Assembly (NCBI GenBank): GCA_017625775.1 | Contig: JAGAKE010000012.1 | Location: forward strand, 29,120-93,119 | Direction of reading: 5' to 3' | DNA from: Fibrobacteraceae bacterium | GTDB lineage: Bacteria; Fibrobacterota; Fibrobacteria; Fibrobacterales; Fibrobacteraceae | DNA length: 64,000 bases | Shown here: one piece after another, positions 47,052 through 57,429 of the stretch | Numbering within the stretch: position 1 is the stretch's first letter | Layout: every line of letters begins with the position of its first letter | The notes under the pieces: generated by a model | Database searches by the model: none | What the model was told of the DNA's origin: nothing | Seen by the model: only the letters and a program-made list of their open reading frames with translations | Made by a program: the position numbers and the translations under genes

Positions 47052-47588
47052 TTATTCCTCCCCGCCGTTTTTCATCATCACAGCAAAGGACAGGTTAGTA
47101 TAACCTTGCCTTAGCGAAGTACCAGAGCCGTCGCAATTTGGAACGTTTGCAAAACCGCAAGTTGCCATCACCTTATACATTGCGTCGTAAGGGATGTTCT
47201 TGTCAATCTGGATAACGACTTGACCAGCTTCATCAGCAGGTAAGCCTGCGGCCAAAGCATGTTCTTCTTCAACCTTACGACGTTCGTAAAGCGTAGAAAG
47301 AACAGCAGGAATGCAAAGATCCTTCGAAGCAAGCACTTCTTCAGTAGTAATAACTTTCTGGTTATCCACTAGAACGTGACCTGCATCGACAATAACCGTC
47401 AAAGAAACTTCTTTAGGTTGAATTTTAGACGTAGAAACTGGTAGAACCAAGTTTTCTGCCTGAGTTACAAGCTGACCTTCCGCATCAATGTTCTTAATCA
47501 TGAACACGAGAATAATGGTCATCATGTCCATCATTGACGTAAGAGAGAAAGGTACGTCTTTAGCGTATTGACGCATTTTTCTAGCCAT
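47052..47588 (-). CDS. exbD: biopolymer transport protein ExbD/TolR
   Basis: LTSMMDMMTIILVFMI TM helix followed by a periplasmic domain. It is adjacent to exbB. Confidence 0.85.
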   Translation of the reverse strand: MARKMRQYAKDVPFSLTSMMDMMTIILVFMIKNIDAEGQLVTQAENLVLPVSTSKIQPKEVSLTVIVDAGHVLVDNQKVITTEEVLASKDLCIPAVLSTLYERRKVEEEHALAAGLPADEAGQVVIQIDKNIPYDAMYKVMATCGFANVPNCDGSGTSLRQGYTNLSFAVMMKNGGEE

Positions 47589-48478
47589 TAGCCACCTCCG
47601 AGTTTAGCCAAGTTGACTTTGGCAAATCCAGCAGATTTGGCACGGTCCATCAAAGAGATGATCTTGTCAAACTGCGTATCATCGTTAGCAACGACAATGA
47701 TGTTATCTACGTCTTCAAGGTCAATGAATTGCGTATGAATAGCAATCAAATCCTTAGCAATTAAATCATAAGCGGAAAGCGGATAAATGATGTTTCTTTG
47801 AGCATCTTCCGGTTTGAGCTTACGAGCGGAGTTTGGAGTAAGGGTTGCTAGCGGGGTTCCAGGATTTGGCTTTTTCAAAGCAGCCGGAGCCTTCAACCCA
47901 CCAGGACCTTCACCAGTCATAGCAATAAATGAGTTATTGCCATCTACAAATGCGCTATCAGGAACATTTTCTCCTTGAGAGGAATAAACAGCCCAAATAA
48001 CACGACCTGGATCTTCTTCTGATGTTTTTTCCAAAGCCCACAATTCAATGCTTTCAATTTCGTAGAGATATTTTTCCTTGTCCATTTCCTTGCCATCTTG
48101 GCACTTAGGACCATGGCCCGCATCTACAGCAGCCTTCACTTCTTCAGGAGAATAGGTGATAAGCTTTGAATCTGATTTGCAACGGAACGTCCACATTTCT
48201 TTAAAATAAACGTTAGGTTGGAAACCACCACGAGCACCAATCACTAAGTAATCGGAAGTAATAGCCAAGGAGAGATTCAATGCCTGCTGATCCGGTTCTG
48301 GTGGAGCATCGTTTGTCATATTCATCATACTTCTTTCTGGAAGTGTGATTTCAACGATAGCGAGCTTCTGGAACGCGGTCATAGACAATAGCATCGGAAT
48401 CAGAATCGTAAATAGACCCATTGCCGGAAGTAGGTCCGGTTCATCTGGATCTTTTGGCGGCTTGAGTTCTTTTGCCAT
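47588..48478 (-). CDS. ExbD-like protein with enlarged periplasmic domain
   Basis: An ExbD-type TM helix (LLPAMGLFTILIPMLLSM) and the C-terminus KIISLMDRAKSAGFAKVNLAKL. Its stop overlaps the next start. Confidence 0.6.
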   Translation of the reverse strand: MAKELKPPKDPDEPDLLPAMGLFTILIPMLLSMTAFQKLAIVEITLPERSMMNMTNDAPPEPDQQALNLSLAITSDYLVIGARGGFQPNVYFKEMWTFRCKSDSKLITYSPEEVKAAVDAGHGPKCQDGKEMDKEKYLYEIESIELWALEKTSEEDPGRVIWAVYSSQGENVPDSAFVDGNNSFIAMTGEGPGGLKAPAALKKPNPGTPLATLTPNSARKLKPEDAQRNIIYPLSAYDLIAKDLIAIHTQFIDLEDVDNIIVVANDDTQFDKIISLMDRAKSAGFAKVNLAKLGGG

Positions 48479-48524
48479 ATATTACCACTCCATTTGTTAA
48501 ACTATTAAACCAATGTTTTAGAAA

Positions 48525-49145
48525 TTAGGACAAAGAGTTAATAATCTTAAGACCTTTTTCTTCCATTTCTTGAATCAAGCGTTCGCTGTTCATATTGAGG
48601 AGACCAACGATAACGAGAAGCGGAACTGCGGAAAGAAGACCGAGAAGCGTCGTACCCATAGCAATAGCGATACCGTCAGCAAGTGCTTTTGGACGTTCAG
48701 CAGCAGGTTTGTTAGCCACAGCATCGAACGTAAAGATAAGACCATAAATCGTACCCATAAGTCCAAGAAGCGTTGAGATAGAAGCCATAACTGAAATGAT
48801 GCTTACGTAACGAGTTAAACGAGGTGCTTCAGTAAGGAAAACTGCATCGCTAGCATTTACCATTGCATCACGACCTTTGTCGTGGTTAGCAACGATAGCA
48901 GCCATCACCTTAGCGATAGGGAGCTTTGACTTTTCAGCAAAGCTTAAAGCCTGGTCATATTGTTGAGAAGAAACGAGTTGACCGAACTTCTTCAAGAAGT
49001 CAGCACGGCCGGAGCTACTCTTCAACATAATGTAAATGATACGTTCAATGGAGAAACCAAGGCCGATAATGAAAACGACCAAGATAATCCACATAAATTG
49101 CCAACCATCAGATTCTGGACTGAAAGATTGAAGCATTTTTCCCAT
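48525..49145 (-). CDS. exbB: MotA/TolQ/ExbB proton channel protein
   Basis: Three TM helices and the conserved ISTLLGLMGTIYGLI...GIAIAMGTTLLGLL. Confidence 0.9.
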   Translation of the reverse strand: MGKMLQSFSPESDGWQFMWIILVVFIIGLGFSIERIIYIMLKSSSGRADFLKKFGQLVSSQQYDQALSFAEKSKLPIAKVMAAIVANHDKGRDAMVNASDAVFLTEAPRLTRYVSIISVMASISTLLGLMGTIYGLIFTFDAVANKPAAERPKALADGIAIAMGTTLLGLLSAVPLLVIVGLLNMNSERLIQEMEEKGLKIINSLS

Positions 49146-49602
49146 GATATTACTCCTTATTCGAGAGGTTAAATTAAATGATTCCTAGACCATATTTATC
49201 TTTTTTCTTAACGATTGGACGCATTAAGGTGGTAAAAAATTCTTTACGGCTTTTTAAAAAACAAGATTTTTTTACTAAAAAAGCCGTTTTTTTACGAATA
49301 TTATTTTCTTTTTTCATTGTTAACGCAATTTTACAGTCATAACTCTTCCTTACACAGAAAATTAATCGCTTCTTAATCCCTAATTTTGCACTTTATCTTA
49401 ATAATTCTACCTATTATTTGTCGAAATGAAACAGGTAAATTAACTGATTTATGTTGCTTATTTTCTTAGAAAAATTTCATATAAATTAAATTTAATTTTC
49501 TTTTAACACTTCATAACTTTTATTACTACACGGCGCAAATCTCTTTGCTTTATATCGTTTTTTTTAGATATATTCTTTAATTTTTTTTTGAACTAGTATA
49601 AT

Positions 49603-49638
49603 AAAAAAACGGGTTGTATTTAAGACACAACCCGTTTT
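49603..49638 (-). terminator. intrinsic terminator after the giant TPR gene
   Basis: Stem acgggttgt (49609-49617) pairs with acaacccgt (49626-49634), flanked by A/T runs. A roughly 450-bp AT-rich spacer follows. Confidence 0.6.
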
Positions 49639-49652
49639 AAATTTACGAATGA

Positions 49653-52600
49653 TTATTGAGCAGCAGCAGGTGCAGCACCAGGAGCAGCGGCTCCTGCAGG
49701 AGGTGGAGGAGGAGCCAACTTGGCACGTAATTCCTTCAATTCCTTCATCAACTTTTCACCTTCAGCCTTAGCTTCTGCGATAATGTCGCGGTAAGTTGCA
49801 ATCTTTTCTTCTGGAGTCATCACAGTAGAAGCTGCAATCTGTTCGATACGAGCCTTCGTCTTGAAGTATGCTGGATCCTGGAAGAGAGTGCTTGGGTCAA
49901 ACTTTTCAATCTTAACAGCCAAAGCTTCGTTTGTCTCATCCAAAGACTTTAGTGTTTCATAAAGTTTGCCAGTCCATTCGTTTTCAATTCCGTAATGCGC
50001 TGCGGCCTTAATACCAGTAGCACACTGTGGAGCAGCAAGGTCCTTAGCTGCTTGAGAACGATTCTGCAATTCTTCTCTATAAGCTTCCAAATCTTCGTGT
50101 ACTGCGAACTGAGCATCTTCAAGAGCCATTCCTTCGTATTCTACGTATTCATTTACGATAGTAACACTATCAGGAAGTGGGGAATTTGCAAATGCATCAG
50201 CAACTTCAACGAACACGGCGCAACCTTGATAGTACATTTCAATGTAACCAGCTTCAGCAGCAATCACATCTTCATTGTAGAAACCCTGGTCACGAGCAAG
50301 GTCAATGTTCTTCTGGAAGATTGGACGGGCTTGTTCGTAGTAGCTTGGGAGCTGTTGAACAATACCAATACGTTCCGCAAAGATTTCTTCGTCAGTTTTA
50401 CCATTCAATTCCTGTTCACGAATCTTAGCAGCCATCGTTACGAAGAGCATACCCATTTTGTTCGTTGCACGGAATGTCCACTTTTCAGAAGCATAGGTAG
50501 CAGACTTAGAATAATGAGACATAGCCTTCTGCAAAATATCTACCAAACTCTTGATGATTTTTGCTTTTTCCTTTTCAGAACCTTGCAATACAAGTGGGTT
50601 CATCTTTTCTTGTTCAAATTCACCCAAGTAGTATGCAGCTTCAGCAGGAACAGATGGATCAGCATTCTTAATCTGCAAACCATACTTATCGTAAGTTTCT
50701 AAAGTCTTTTGATAGTATGTAGCAGCAGAAGCATAATCTTTAAGTTCCATGTAAGCACGAGCAGTTCCGATGTAAGCAGCAATCAACTTTTCCTTATCTT
50801 CTTGATAGTTCTTGATAAAGAATATGTATTCTTGAGCAGCCAAATCCCACTTCTTAGCATTCTGGTATGCAAGAGGAATACTGAATGCAGCATCAAGAGC
50901 ATAAGAAGACTTTGGATAATCCTTCACCAAATCTTTAGAGCAGCGAATAGCTTCTTCAGTCATCTTAGCTTCATCGTAAGTTAAGCAAGCACTATAAAGC
51001 ATACTTGGAGTCTTTTCATGCTTAGGATAACGCTTGTAAGCGATTTCATAAGTCATAGCAGCTTGCTTCTTATCTGGAATAGAATCATAAGTTGTAGCTG
51101 CAAAGCCAATAGCTTGGAATGCCATAGAATCTTGCGGGAAGTTTTCCGTAATGAACAAGAAGGTCATAGCAGCTTCACGCATTTTATTGTCTTTCTTGTA
51201 GTTAGAAGCAGCACGCAAGATAGAACGAATGGTCAAAGGAGAACTTGCATAAGAACGCGGCATCAACATAAAGGTTTCAGCAGCCTTCGAATACATCTTT
51301 GCACTTTCGTAAGCAGCAGCAGCTTCAAAGATAGCCTTATCAGCAAAAGAAGCATTTGGATAACGATTAACAAGAGCTAAGTAAGCTACAGCACCCGCTT
51401 CGAATTGACCCGCCTTTACTGCACGTTCTGCTTTTTGGAACAATACAGCAGCAATAGCCTTTTCAATTTCTTTTGCCATAGAATCGTTACGTGTTTCCTT
51501 GACTTCAGCATATTGCTTGTACAACCATTCAAATTCAACTTGAGATTCATCTAACTGATTAGATTCAAGCAAAGATTGAGCAAGCATACGGCTAATCAAC
51601 AAGATATACTTGTGTTTCGGGAATTTCTGTTTCAAATCACGAAGCACAACCACTGCAGTTTGATGCTGTTTAGCATTGTAATGAACAATTGCAGCGTTAT
51701 AAGCAAGTTCAGCAGCTTCTTCTTTTTGCCCGAACTTCTTCATATAAGTATCAACTTGAGCAAAGTAAGCTTTAGTTTCAGGCAAAGCGTATGCTTTTAC
51801 AGGATCATTTCCAGCCTTAGTTTTCAAAGCTTCTTCACGAGCCTGATCCATCATAAGAACTGCGTTATAACCAGCTTCTTCTTTCTTAAGAGCCACATCT
51901 GTGTTAGGTGGACGACGACCATAGCGAGCGGTATCGCAATCAACAATCCAGTTAAACATTTTTGCAGCTTGAGCGTATTGAGCCATTTCTTGATATACGA
52001 GTGCTAAGTTGATATGCACCTTGTATTCATCCCAAGATGGTTCTTTAGCATAACGTTTCAAGAATGCATTGTAACCTTCGATAGCTTTTGCATATCTTGC
52101 CTTTGCACCTTCTGTATCACCAGTTTTCATAAGCTTAGCAGCTTGAGCGTGGTCATACTGAGGAATATCTAACATAGCGCTACGAATTGCAGCTTCAGCA
52201 TTCTTTACAGATGCTGGGTATTGTTGGTTTTTCTTATACCAAGAAGAGTTGCGATCATAGCGTTTTACAACAGTGTAGCGATAGGCTTGAGCATCGTCAA
52301 ATTTTTGTTGCAAAATAAGAATTTCAACGATAGCAATATCTGCCAAAGGAGCATCAATATAATCTGGGTTGATATCCATCAAGCGACGGAAAGATTGAAC
52401 TGCTTCTTCGTTACGGTCATGATCTTTGTTCTTCATACCGATACGATAGTAGAGAGAATCTTTAAATGCAACCTTTTTATCTTTCAAGAATGATTCAGCT
52501 TCTTCTACACCACCACCTTCTAAGTCAGAGAATGCGGCAGCCATAAAGTCCATTGCTTCAGCACGCAAGTCGCTTGGATATTTTCCAGCATCTGCACCTA

Positions 52601-53426
52601 CGATATAATCAAAGTACTTCACTGCAGCAGTTTCAAATTCAGCAATGTTGTAGTAAGATTCAGCTAAGTGATACATAGCAAGAGCGGCTTCCTTTCCGGT
52701 AAGGTTTTGGAAACCAGTAACCTTGTTATAAGCACCAATAGCATCTCTAAATTTACGATTCATGAAGTGGTATTCAGCAATGCGAAGCCATGCTTTTGGC
52801 ACAAGACCATTGTCTGGGAAGTTTTTTACCAACTTCATACGTAATTCATAAGCTTCTTTTTCCTTGCCAGAGGCTTCCAAAACAAAAGATGCTTGGAACA
52901 TCACAACAGGAGCGCGATCAGCCTTCGGATACTTATCAATATATTCTAAGAAGTATGCCAAAGATTTTTCGTGATTAGCCTTTGGGAATTCTCCTAAAGA
53001 CTTACACTTGGCCGGCTCGTTATCACGGTCAGCACACCAAGCAGCGTCTTCTTCGTATTTAGCCATTTTATCAAGATGGAGTTTTTCTTCCAACTGATAT
53101 TGATAATGACCTAACTGCTGCAAGGAACTTGCACAACGGCTACTCTGCTTTCCTTTACACAAAGCAACCTGCTTTTCCCATTGAGCGATAGCATCTTTCA
53201 TGCCTTTTTCGTCAAGACCGCCAGAACGACAAGCTTGTTCTGCTTGGTTTTTCAAAATCTTATATGAACTAGCGCAACTTTTATAATCAGACGATCCCTT
53301 CTTCATCGCCTTACATTTTGCAAAAAGTTTCTTCGCTTCGGCAGTTTTATCCTTACAAGGGTCCGCTGCAAAAGAAGTCCCGATTAACGAGGCCAGAGCA
53401 ACGGCAACTAGAAATGTTTTCTTCAT
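49653..53426 (-). CDS. giant secreted TPR-repeat protein
   Basis: 1257 aa with a signal peptide, many TPR-like A/Y/L repeats, and a Pro/Ala-rich tail PPPPPAGAAAPGAAPAAAQ. Confidence 0.85.
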   Translation of the reverse strand: MKKTFLVAVALASLIGTSFAADPCKDKTAEAKKLFAKCKAMKKGSSDYKSCASSYKILKNQAEQACRSGGLDEKGMKDAIAQWEKQVALCKGKQSSRCASSLQQLGHYQYQLEEKLHLDKMAKYEEDAAWCADRDNEPAKCKSLGEFPKANHEKSLAYFLEYIDKYPKADRAPVVMFQASFVLEASGKEKEAYELRMKLVKNFPDNGLVPKAWLRIAEYHFMNRKFRDAIGAYNKVTGFQNLTGKEAALAMYHLAESYYNIAEFETAAVKYFDYIVGADAGKYPSDLRAEAMDFMAAAFSDLEGGGVEEAESFLKDKKVAFKDSLYYRIGMKNKDHDRNEEAVQSFRRLMDINPDYIDAPLADIAIVEILILQQKFDDAQAYRYTVVKRYDRNSSWYKKNQQYPASVKNAEAAIRSAMLDIPQYDHAQAAKLMKTGDTEGAKARYAKAIEGYNAFLKRYAKEPSWDEYKVHINLALVYQEMAQYAQAAKMFNWIVDCDTARYGRRPPNTDVALKKEEAGYNAVLMMDQAREEALKTKAGNDPVKAYALPETKAYFAQVDTYMKKFGQKEEAAELAYNAAIVHYNAKQHQTAVVVLRDLKQKFPKHKYILLISRMLAQSLLESNQLDESQVEFEWLYKQYAEVKETRNDSMAKEIEKAIAAVLFQKAERAVKAGQFEAGAVAYLALVNRYPNASFADKAIFEAAAAYESAKMYSKAAETFMLMPRSYASSPLTIRSILRAASNYKKDNKMREAAMTFLFITENFPQDSMAFQAIGFAATTYDSIPDKKQAAMTYEIAYKRYPKHEKTPSMLYSACLTYDEAKMTEEAIRCSKDLVKDYPKSSYALDAAFSIPLAYQNAKKWDLAAQEYIFFIKNYQEDKEKLIAAYIGTARAYMELKDYASAATYYQKTLETYDKYGLQIKNADPSVPAEAAYYLGEFEQEKMNPLVLQGSEKEKAKIIKSLVDILQKAMSHYSKSATYASEKWTFRATNKMGMLFVTMAAKIREQELNGKTDEEIFAERIGIVQQLPSYYEQARPIFQKNIDLARDQGFYNEDVIAAEAGYIEMYYQGCAVFVEVADAFANSPLPDSVTIVNEYVEYEGMALEDAQFAVHEDLEAYREELQNRSQAAKDLAAPQCATGIKAAAHYGIENEWTGKLYETLKSLDETNEALAVKIEKFDPSTLFQDPAYFKTKARIEQIAASTVMTPEEKIATYRDIIAEAKAEGEKLMKELKELRAKLAPPPPPAGAAAPGAAPAAAQ

Positions 53427-53471
53427 CTTGTTGTTTCCACCTATGAATTGTGAAAGAAAAGGAAAACTGGA

Positions 53472-55703
53472 TTACTCCAGTTCTCCCAAATCTTCAAGTT
53501 CTTGAAGTTCCTGAGATGCTTCTCCAGCACCACCGGCCATTTTTGTTTTTACAGTAGCAAGGGTAAAGCCAGCATCTTCGGCGATACGCTTGCGGTTAGA
53601 TTCAAATCTGTCACTCTGAACAGAACGTTGCATAAAGGCTGCATGATCTTCAATTGCCTTGTTCGCCTTATCAAAGGATGGACGAAGAGCAGCACGTTTT
53701 TGTTCCACACGAGGAGTTGGAAGCTGACGAGACAAATCCAAAACCTGAGCTTGAACAGAATCGAATTCAGCGAGTTGGTTATCATAAGCTTGCTGAGCAC
53801 TATCACGAGCTGCAGCAGAAACAACTGGCTGATCGGTCAACTTAGTTGCCTGAGACAAGGCTTTTTCTGCATTCGGATAATCTTTCTTCATGAAGTAGCA
53901 GTAACCTTGAACAAGATAAGCTTCTGATACTAAGAAAGAATTAGGAAGGTTAGAAATAATCCATTGAGCGTGTTTCATTGCATCGTCTGGTTTATTAACC
54001 TTCAAGAATGACCAAGCAATACCGAGTTGAGCTTCATCGTAAACAGGAGAACTTGGTTGAACTTGAGCATACAAAGCAGCTGCAGCAGCAATATCTGGAT
54101 TTTCACCTGAGAAGTAGATGTGTCCGAGTTTTACCTTTGCAGCATCTTGCAAATCACGTTCAGAAAGGTTAGAAGTTACTTGTTCTGTAATGTCGCGGAA
54201 ACAACTTTCAGCTTCATCCCACTTGCCCATGCGGCTGTAAGCAATACCCATGGTATAGCGAGCATAGAAGTAGTTAGCGTTACCTGGAAGAATTGCAGCC
54301 AACAATTCAACAGATTCTTGATACAAACCTTGTTCAAACTTAATCTGACCAGCGATATAGTCAGCATCGGCCTTCACATCACTTTCACCAAAACGCTTAG
54401 CAATGTTCTGATACTTCTTCATTGCTTCGTCAAATTTTCCTTCCTTATAATCGATATTCATCAACTGGAAGTGGTATTTGGCACGTTGGTCAGAATTTGG
54501 ATAACGCTTGATAGCATCTTCGTAAACTGCACGTGCTGCAGCATGCATACGCAAGTTTTCAAATGATTTTGCCTTGTAGAATGCAGCTTGGTCCACCAAG
54601 TGGAATGCAGGGTACTTAGTTTGAACCTTACCAAAGGCATAAGCGGCGCCAAGGAAGTCACGATTTAAATACAAACGCATAGCAGCACGGTAATCGTTTT
54701 CAGGTTCAATCTTCAAGCGACGATATCTTTCTTCACCAATAGATTCTTCACGAGTATTACCGAAACGAGTTGTCAACTTGAGAGCCCAAATGAAACCACG
54801 ATTTTTCTTTTCAATCAAATCGTCGTGAGACATTTCAAAATCAAGAGCTACGTAGTTCAAGAAGAACAAATCTTTAACGTTTACAGTAGCACCAACTACT
54901 GGGTAACCTTCCTTCGTAAAGCGAAGACGAACACCCAAGTGAGAAGATAAGTAGTAAGTAGCAGTAAAGCTCATTTCAAGGTTCATGCCATCACCACCTT
55001 CACTATCTTCATGCAAAACGTCGATTAAAGAGAATTCAGCTTTAACTTCAAGCATTCTGTTCAATCCACGATAGAAGAGAGAAAGGTTTAAGTTGCTAGG
55101 AACCTTATAAACCTGATCTGCAGTAAACAACACGAAAGAGTAACCAGAAGATTCTGCTTCAGTGCTAACCGCAGGAGGTAACAAGTTTTGGAAAGCAAGT
55201 CCAACTTGCAAGAAACCAAAACGTGAATTAGCAACAGGATTCCAACTGATACCGAAGTCAGCACCAATGGTTAATTGCTTATTTTCACCAAATTGGTCGA
55301 TTTGCAAAATGGAAACATCTACACCGATAGAAAGGCATTGCATTAAGTTATATGCATAACCAATCATATAAGCGTTTTCAATATAAGACTTTCCACCATC
55401 AATAGAAGCACCGTTTTCGAAGAACGAAAAACCAAGTGTATGCTTGTAGTCCATCGGTAAAGTGAAAGACACATATTCTTGGCTAGCTTCGCCACTAATG
55501 GATTGGAAGAAGCCAATACTTAATTCCATTTGGTCTGTTTCTGCAATACCAGCTGGGTTTACATACATCGAGGTATTTCCCCCGAATTCTCCAAACCAGT
55601 CGTTTTGCTGGTACTTGTGAGGAGAATAGGTGGGAGAAGCAGCCAAAGAACTAACAAGCGCAAGCCCGAGGGCAGTTGATTTGATGAAGCTATAGCGAGT
55701 CAC
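53472..55703 (-). CDS. beta-strand-rich N-terminal domain + TPR-repeat protein
   Basis: Signal peptide. The first ~320 aa show alternating beta-strand patterns (possible OM barrel). The C-terminal half is TPR-like. Confidence 0.8.
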   Translation of the reverse strand: MTRYSFIKSTALGLALVSSLAASPTYSPHKYQQNDWFGEFGGNTSMYVNPAGIAETDQMELSIGFFQSISGEASQEYVSFTLPMDYKHTLGFSFFENGASIDGGKSYIENAYMIGYAYNLMQCLSIGVDVSILQIDQFGENKQLTIGADFGISWNPVANSRFGFLQVGLAFQNLLPPAVSTEAESSGYSFVLFTADQVYKVPSNLNLSLFYRGLNRMLEVKAEFSLIDVLHEDSEGGDGMNLEMSFTATYYLSSHLGVRLRFTKEGYPVVGATVNVKDLFFLNYVALDFEMSHDDLIEKKNRGFIWALKLTTRFGNTREESIGEERYRRLKIEPENDYRAAMRLYLNRDFLGAAYAFGKVQTKYPAFHLVDQAAFYKAKSFENLRMHAAARAVYEDAIKRYPNSDQRAKYHFQLMNIDYKEGKFDEAMKKYQNIAKRFGESDVKADADYIAGQIKFEQGLYQESVELLAAILPGNANYFYARYTMGIAYSRMGKWDEAESCFRDITEQVTSNLSERDLQDAAKVKLGHIYFSGENPDIAAAAALYAQVQPSSPVYDEAQLGIAWSFLKVNKPDDAMKHAQWIISNLPNSFLVSEAYLVQGYCYFMKKDYPNAEKALSQATKLTDQPVVSAAARDSAQQAYDNQLAEFDSVQAQVLDLSRQLPTPRVEQKRAALRPSFDKANKAIEDHAAFMQRSVQSDRFESNRKRIAEDAGFTLATVKTKMAGGAGEASQELQELEDLGELE

Positions 55704-55716
55704 CTAACCTTCTCCT

Positions 55717-57252
55717 TTACTTAATATCCGTACGCTTGAATTCGATGCGACGATTCTTCGCACGACCTTCAGCAGTCTTGTTAGAAGCAACCGGTTCTGA
55801 ATCGCCCATACCTTTAGTGGTAATACGGCTTTCTGCAATTCCTTTTTCTACAAGGAATGACTTCACCGCAGCAGCACGATCAGCAGACAATTGCTTGTTC
55901 TTTTCTTTACGACCTACGTTGTCGGTATGACCAACAATTTCAAAAGTCGTTTCCGGGAAAGATTCCATAATATCAACAACCTTCATGAGGGAGATATAAG
56001 AATCTTGAGTAATTGTAGCCTTACCGGATTCAAAGTTTACACCATCAAGAACAAAGACTTTCTTAGGTGGTTCAGGCACTTCGTCTGGACAACCATCATC
56101 ATCTTTGTAACTGTTAAATGCTTCAGCTTGTTCAGGGCAAAGGTCAACGTTCTTACATACATGAGCATATTGGTCAAATTGAGCCTTAGCTTCAACCCAT
56201 GGATCACAAATACCATCGCGGTCATTATCAGCATCTGGGCAACCATCGTCATCCTGAACACCATCAAAATCTTCAGCTTCTTCTGGGCATTGATCAAGAC
56301 CAGAGCAAACTTCCATGAACTTATCTGCCACATTTTCTTCAGTTACCCATGGGTCGCAAAGACCATCAGCATCGGTATCTGGGTTTCTTGTTTCTTCAAC
56401 AACTTCTACAACCACTTCCTTTGGTTGAGTTGTTAAACCAATATCAGATTTACCCTTACCACGTTTCAACAAAGGAGAGGTCGGAGAACAATAGAAGTTA
56501 GGATCCGACAAAGAAGCGTTGTTGAACTTAGGATCAAGAGAAACGTTTGTACGGTTTACCTTGATGAAACGGTTGAATGGGTAGTAGTTCTTGTAAATGT
56601 TGTTGTATTCAACCTTGGTTTGACCTGCAGCAGGATCTGCATAAACACCGTAATAATGGTTATCCATGAAGATATTGTTGCGAGCTACAACGTTAGATGG
56701 TCCTTTCAATGCAAGACCAGAATAGCCATTTCGCATTACAACGTTGTGTTCAATGTTGGCATCGAGGGACTTAGCACCCCAAGCCAAAATGCCGGACCAG
56801 CGGTTCCCGTACACCACATTATTGCGAAGGTCTGGTAACGAAATGAATGCGGCTATACCGGTTGCTTTGTTGTCTAGAACATAGCAATCATGGATATAAG
56901 GAGCCGCGTTTTCGCATAGAATTCCTTCGATACCATTACGAATGGTAAAATGAGACATTTCCGCCCCTGATGTTCCCATCACGGTCGGACCACGACGACC
57001 ACCATCGATAATGGTTGTTTTTGGGTCTTCACCCTTCAAAACAACACCCATCACCAAGGTAATGTTTTCATTGTAAACGCCGCGCGCTACCTTGATAGTA
57101 TCGCCAGCATCTGCATTGCCAAGAGCATCAGCGATCTTCGGATAATCGCCGGGGACATTGATAATCTTTGCCACGGCATTTCCGGAGAGGAACACTGCCC
57201 CGGCCAACAAAAAGACCAGTTTCTTTAGGGTCATATTGCTAGTTTTCTCCAA
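55717..57252 (-). CDS. OmpA-family protein with right-handed beta-helix and thrombospondin type-3 repeats
   Basis: Signal peptide, NosD/pectin-lyase-like repeats, Ca-binding DTDADGLCDPW / DADNDRDGICDPW, and a C-terminal OmpA motif GHTDNVGRKEKNKQLSADRA. Confidence 0.85.
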   Translation of the reverse strand: MEKTSNMTLKKLVFLLAGAVFLSGNAVAKIINVPGDYPKIADALGNADAGDTIKVARGVYNENITLVMGVVLKGEDPKTTIIDGGRRGPTVMGTSGAEMSHFTIRNGIEGILCENAAPYIHDCYVLDNKATGIAAFISLPDLRNNVVYGNRWSGILAWGAKSLDANIEHNVVMRNGYSGLALKGPSNVVARNNIFMDNHYYGVYADPAAGQTKVEYNNIYKNYYPFNRFIKVNRTNVSLDPKFNNASLSDPNFYCSPTSPLLKRGKGKSDIGLTTQPKEVVVEVVEETRNPDTDADGLCDPWVTEENVADKFMEVCSGLDQCPEEAEDFDGVQDDDGCPDADNDRDGICDPWVEAKAQFDQYAHVCKNVDLCPEQAEAFNSYKDDDGCPDEVPEPPKKVFVLDGVNFESGKATITQDSYISLMKVVDIMESFPETTFEIVGHTDNVGRKEKNKQLSADRAAAVKSFLVEKGIAESRITTKGMGDSEPVASNKTAEGRAKNRRIEFKRTDIK

Positions 57253-57429
57253 TCATAGAACACATTCTTGCTCGTTTTGCAAAATTACAAAACGAAATCC
57301 AACGTGGAATATACCTTCAAAAAGGACATTAGTCAAACCATTTTCGCAAAACAATGGTTTTTTTTACCTTTGTAAACAAAAAAATTCGTTTTTCAAAGGT
57401 AAAAAAGCCACGCTAGAGAGGAAATTCTC

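Noticed and set aside
49995-52493. Plus-strand ORFs of 235, 120, 143 aa and others
   Set aside because: They are shadow ORFs opposite the 1257-aa TPR gene. Their products are Ser/Phe/Leu-rich nonsense-like sequences.
53502-56436. Plus-strand ORFs (141, 148 and 181 aa)
   Set aside because: They lie antisense to the TPR and OmpA-family genes and have no motifs.
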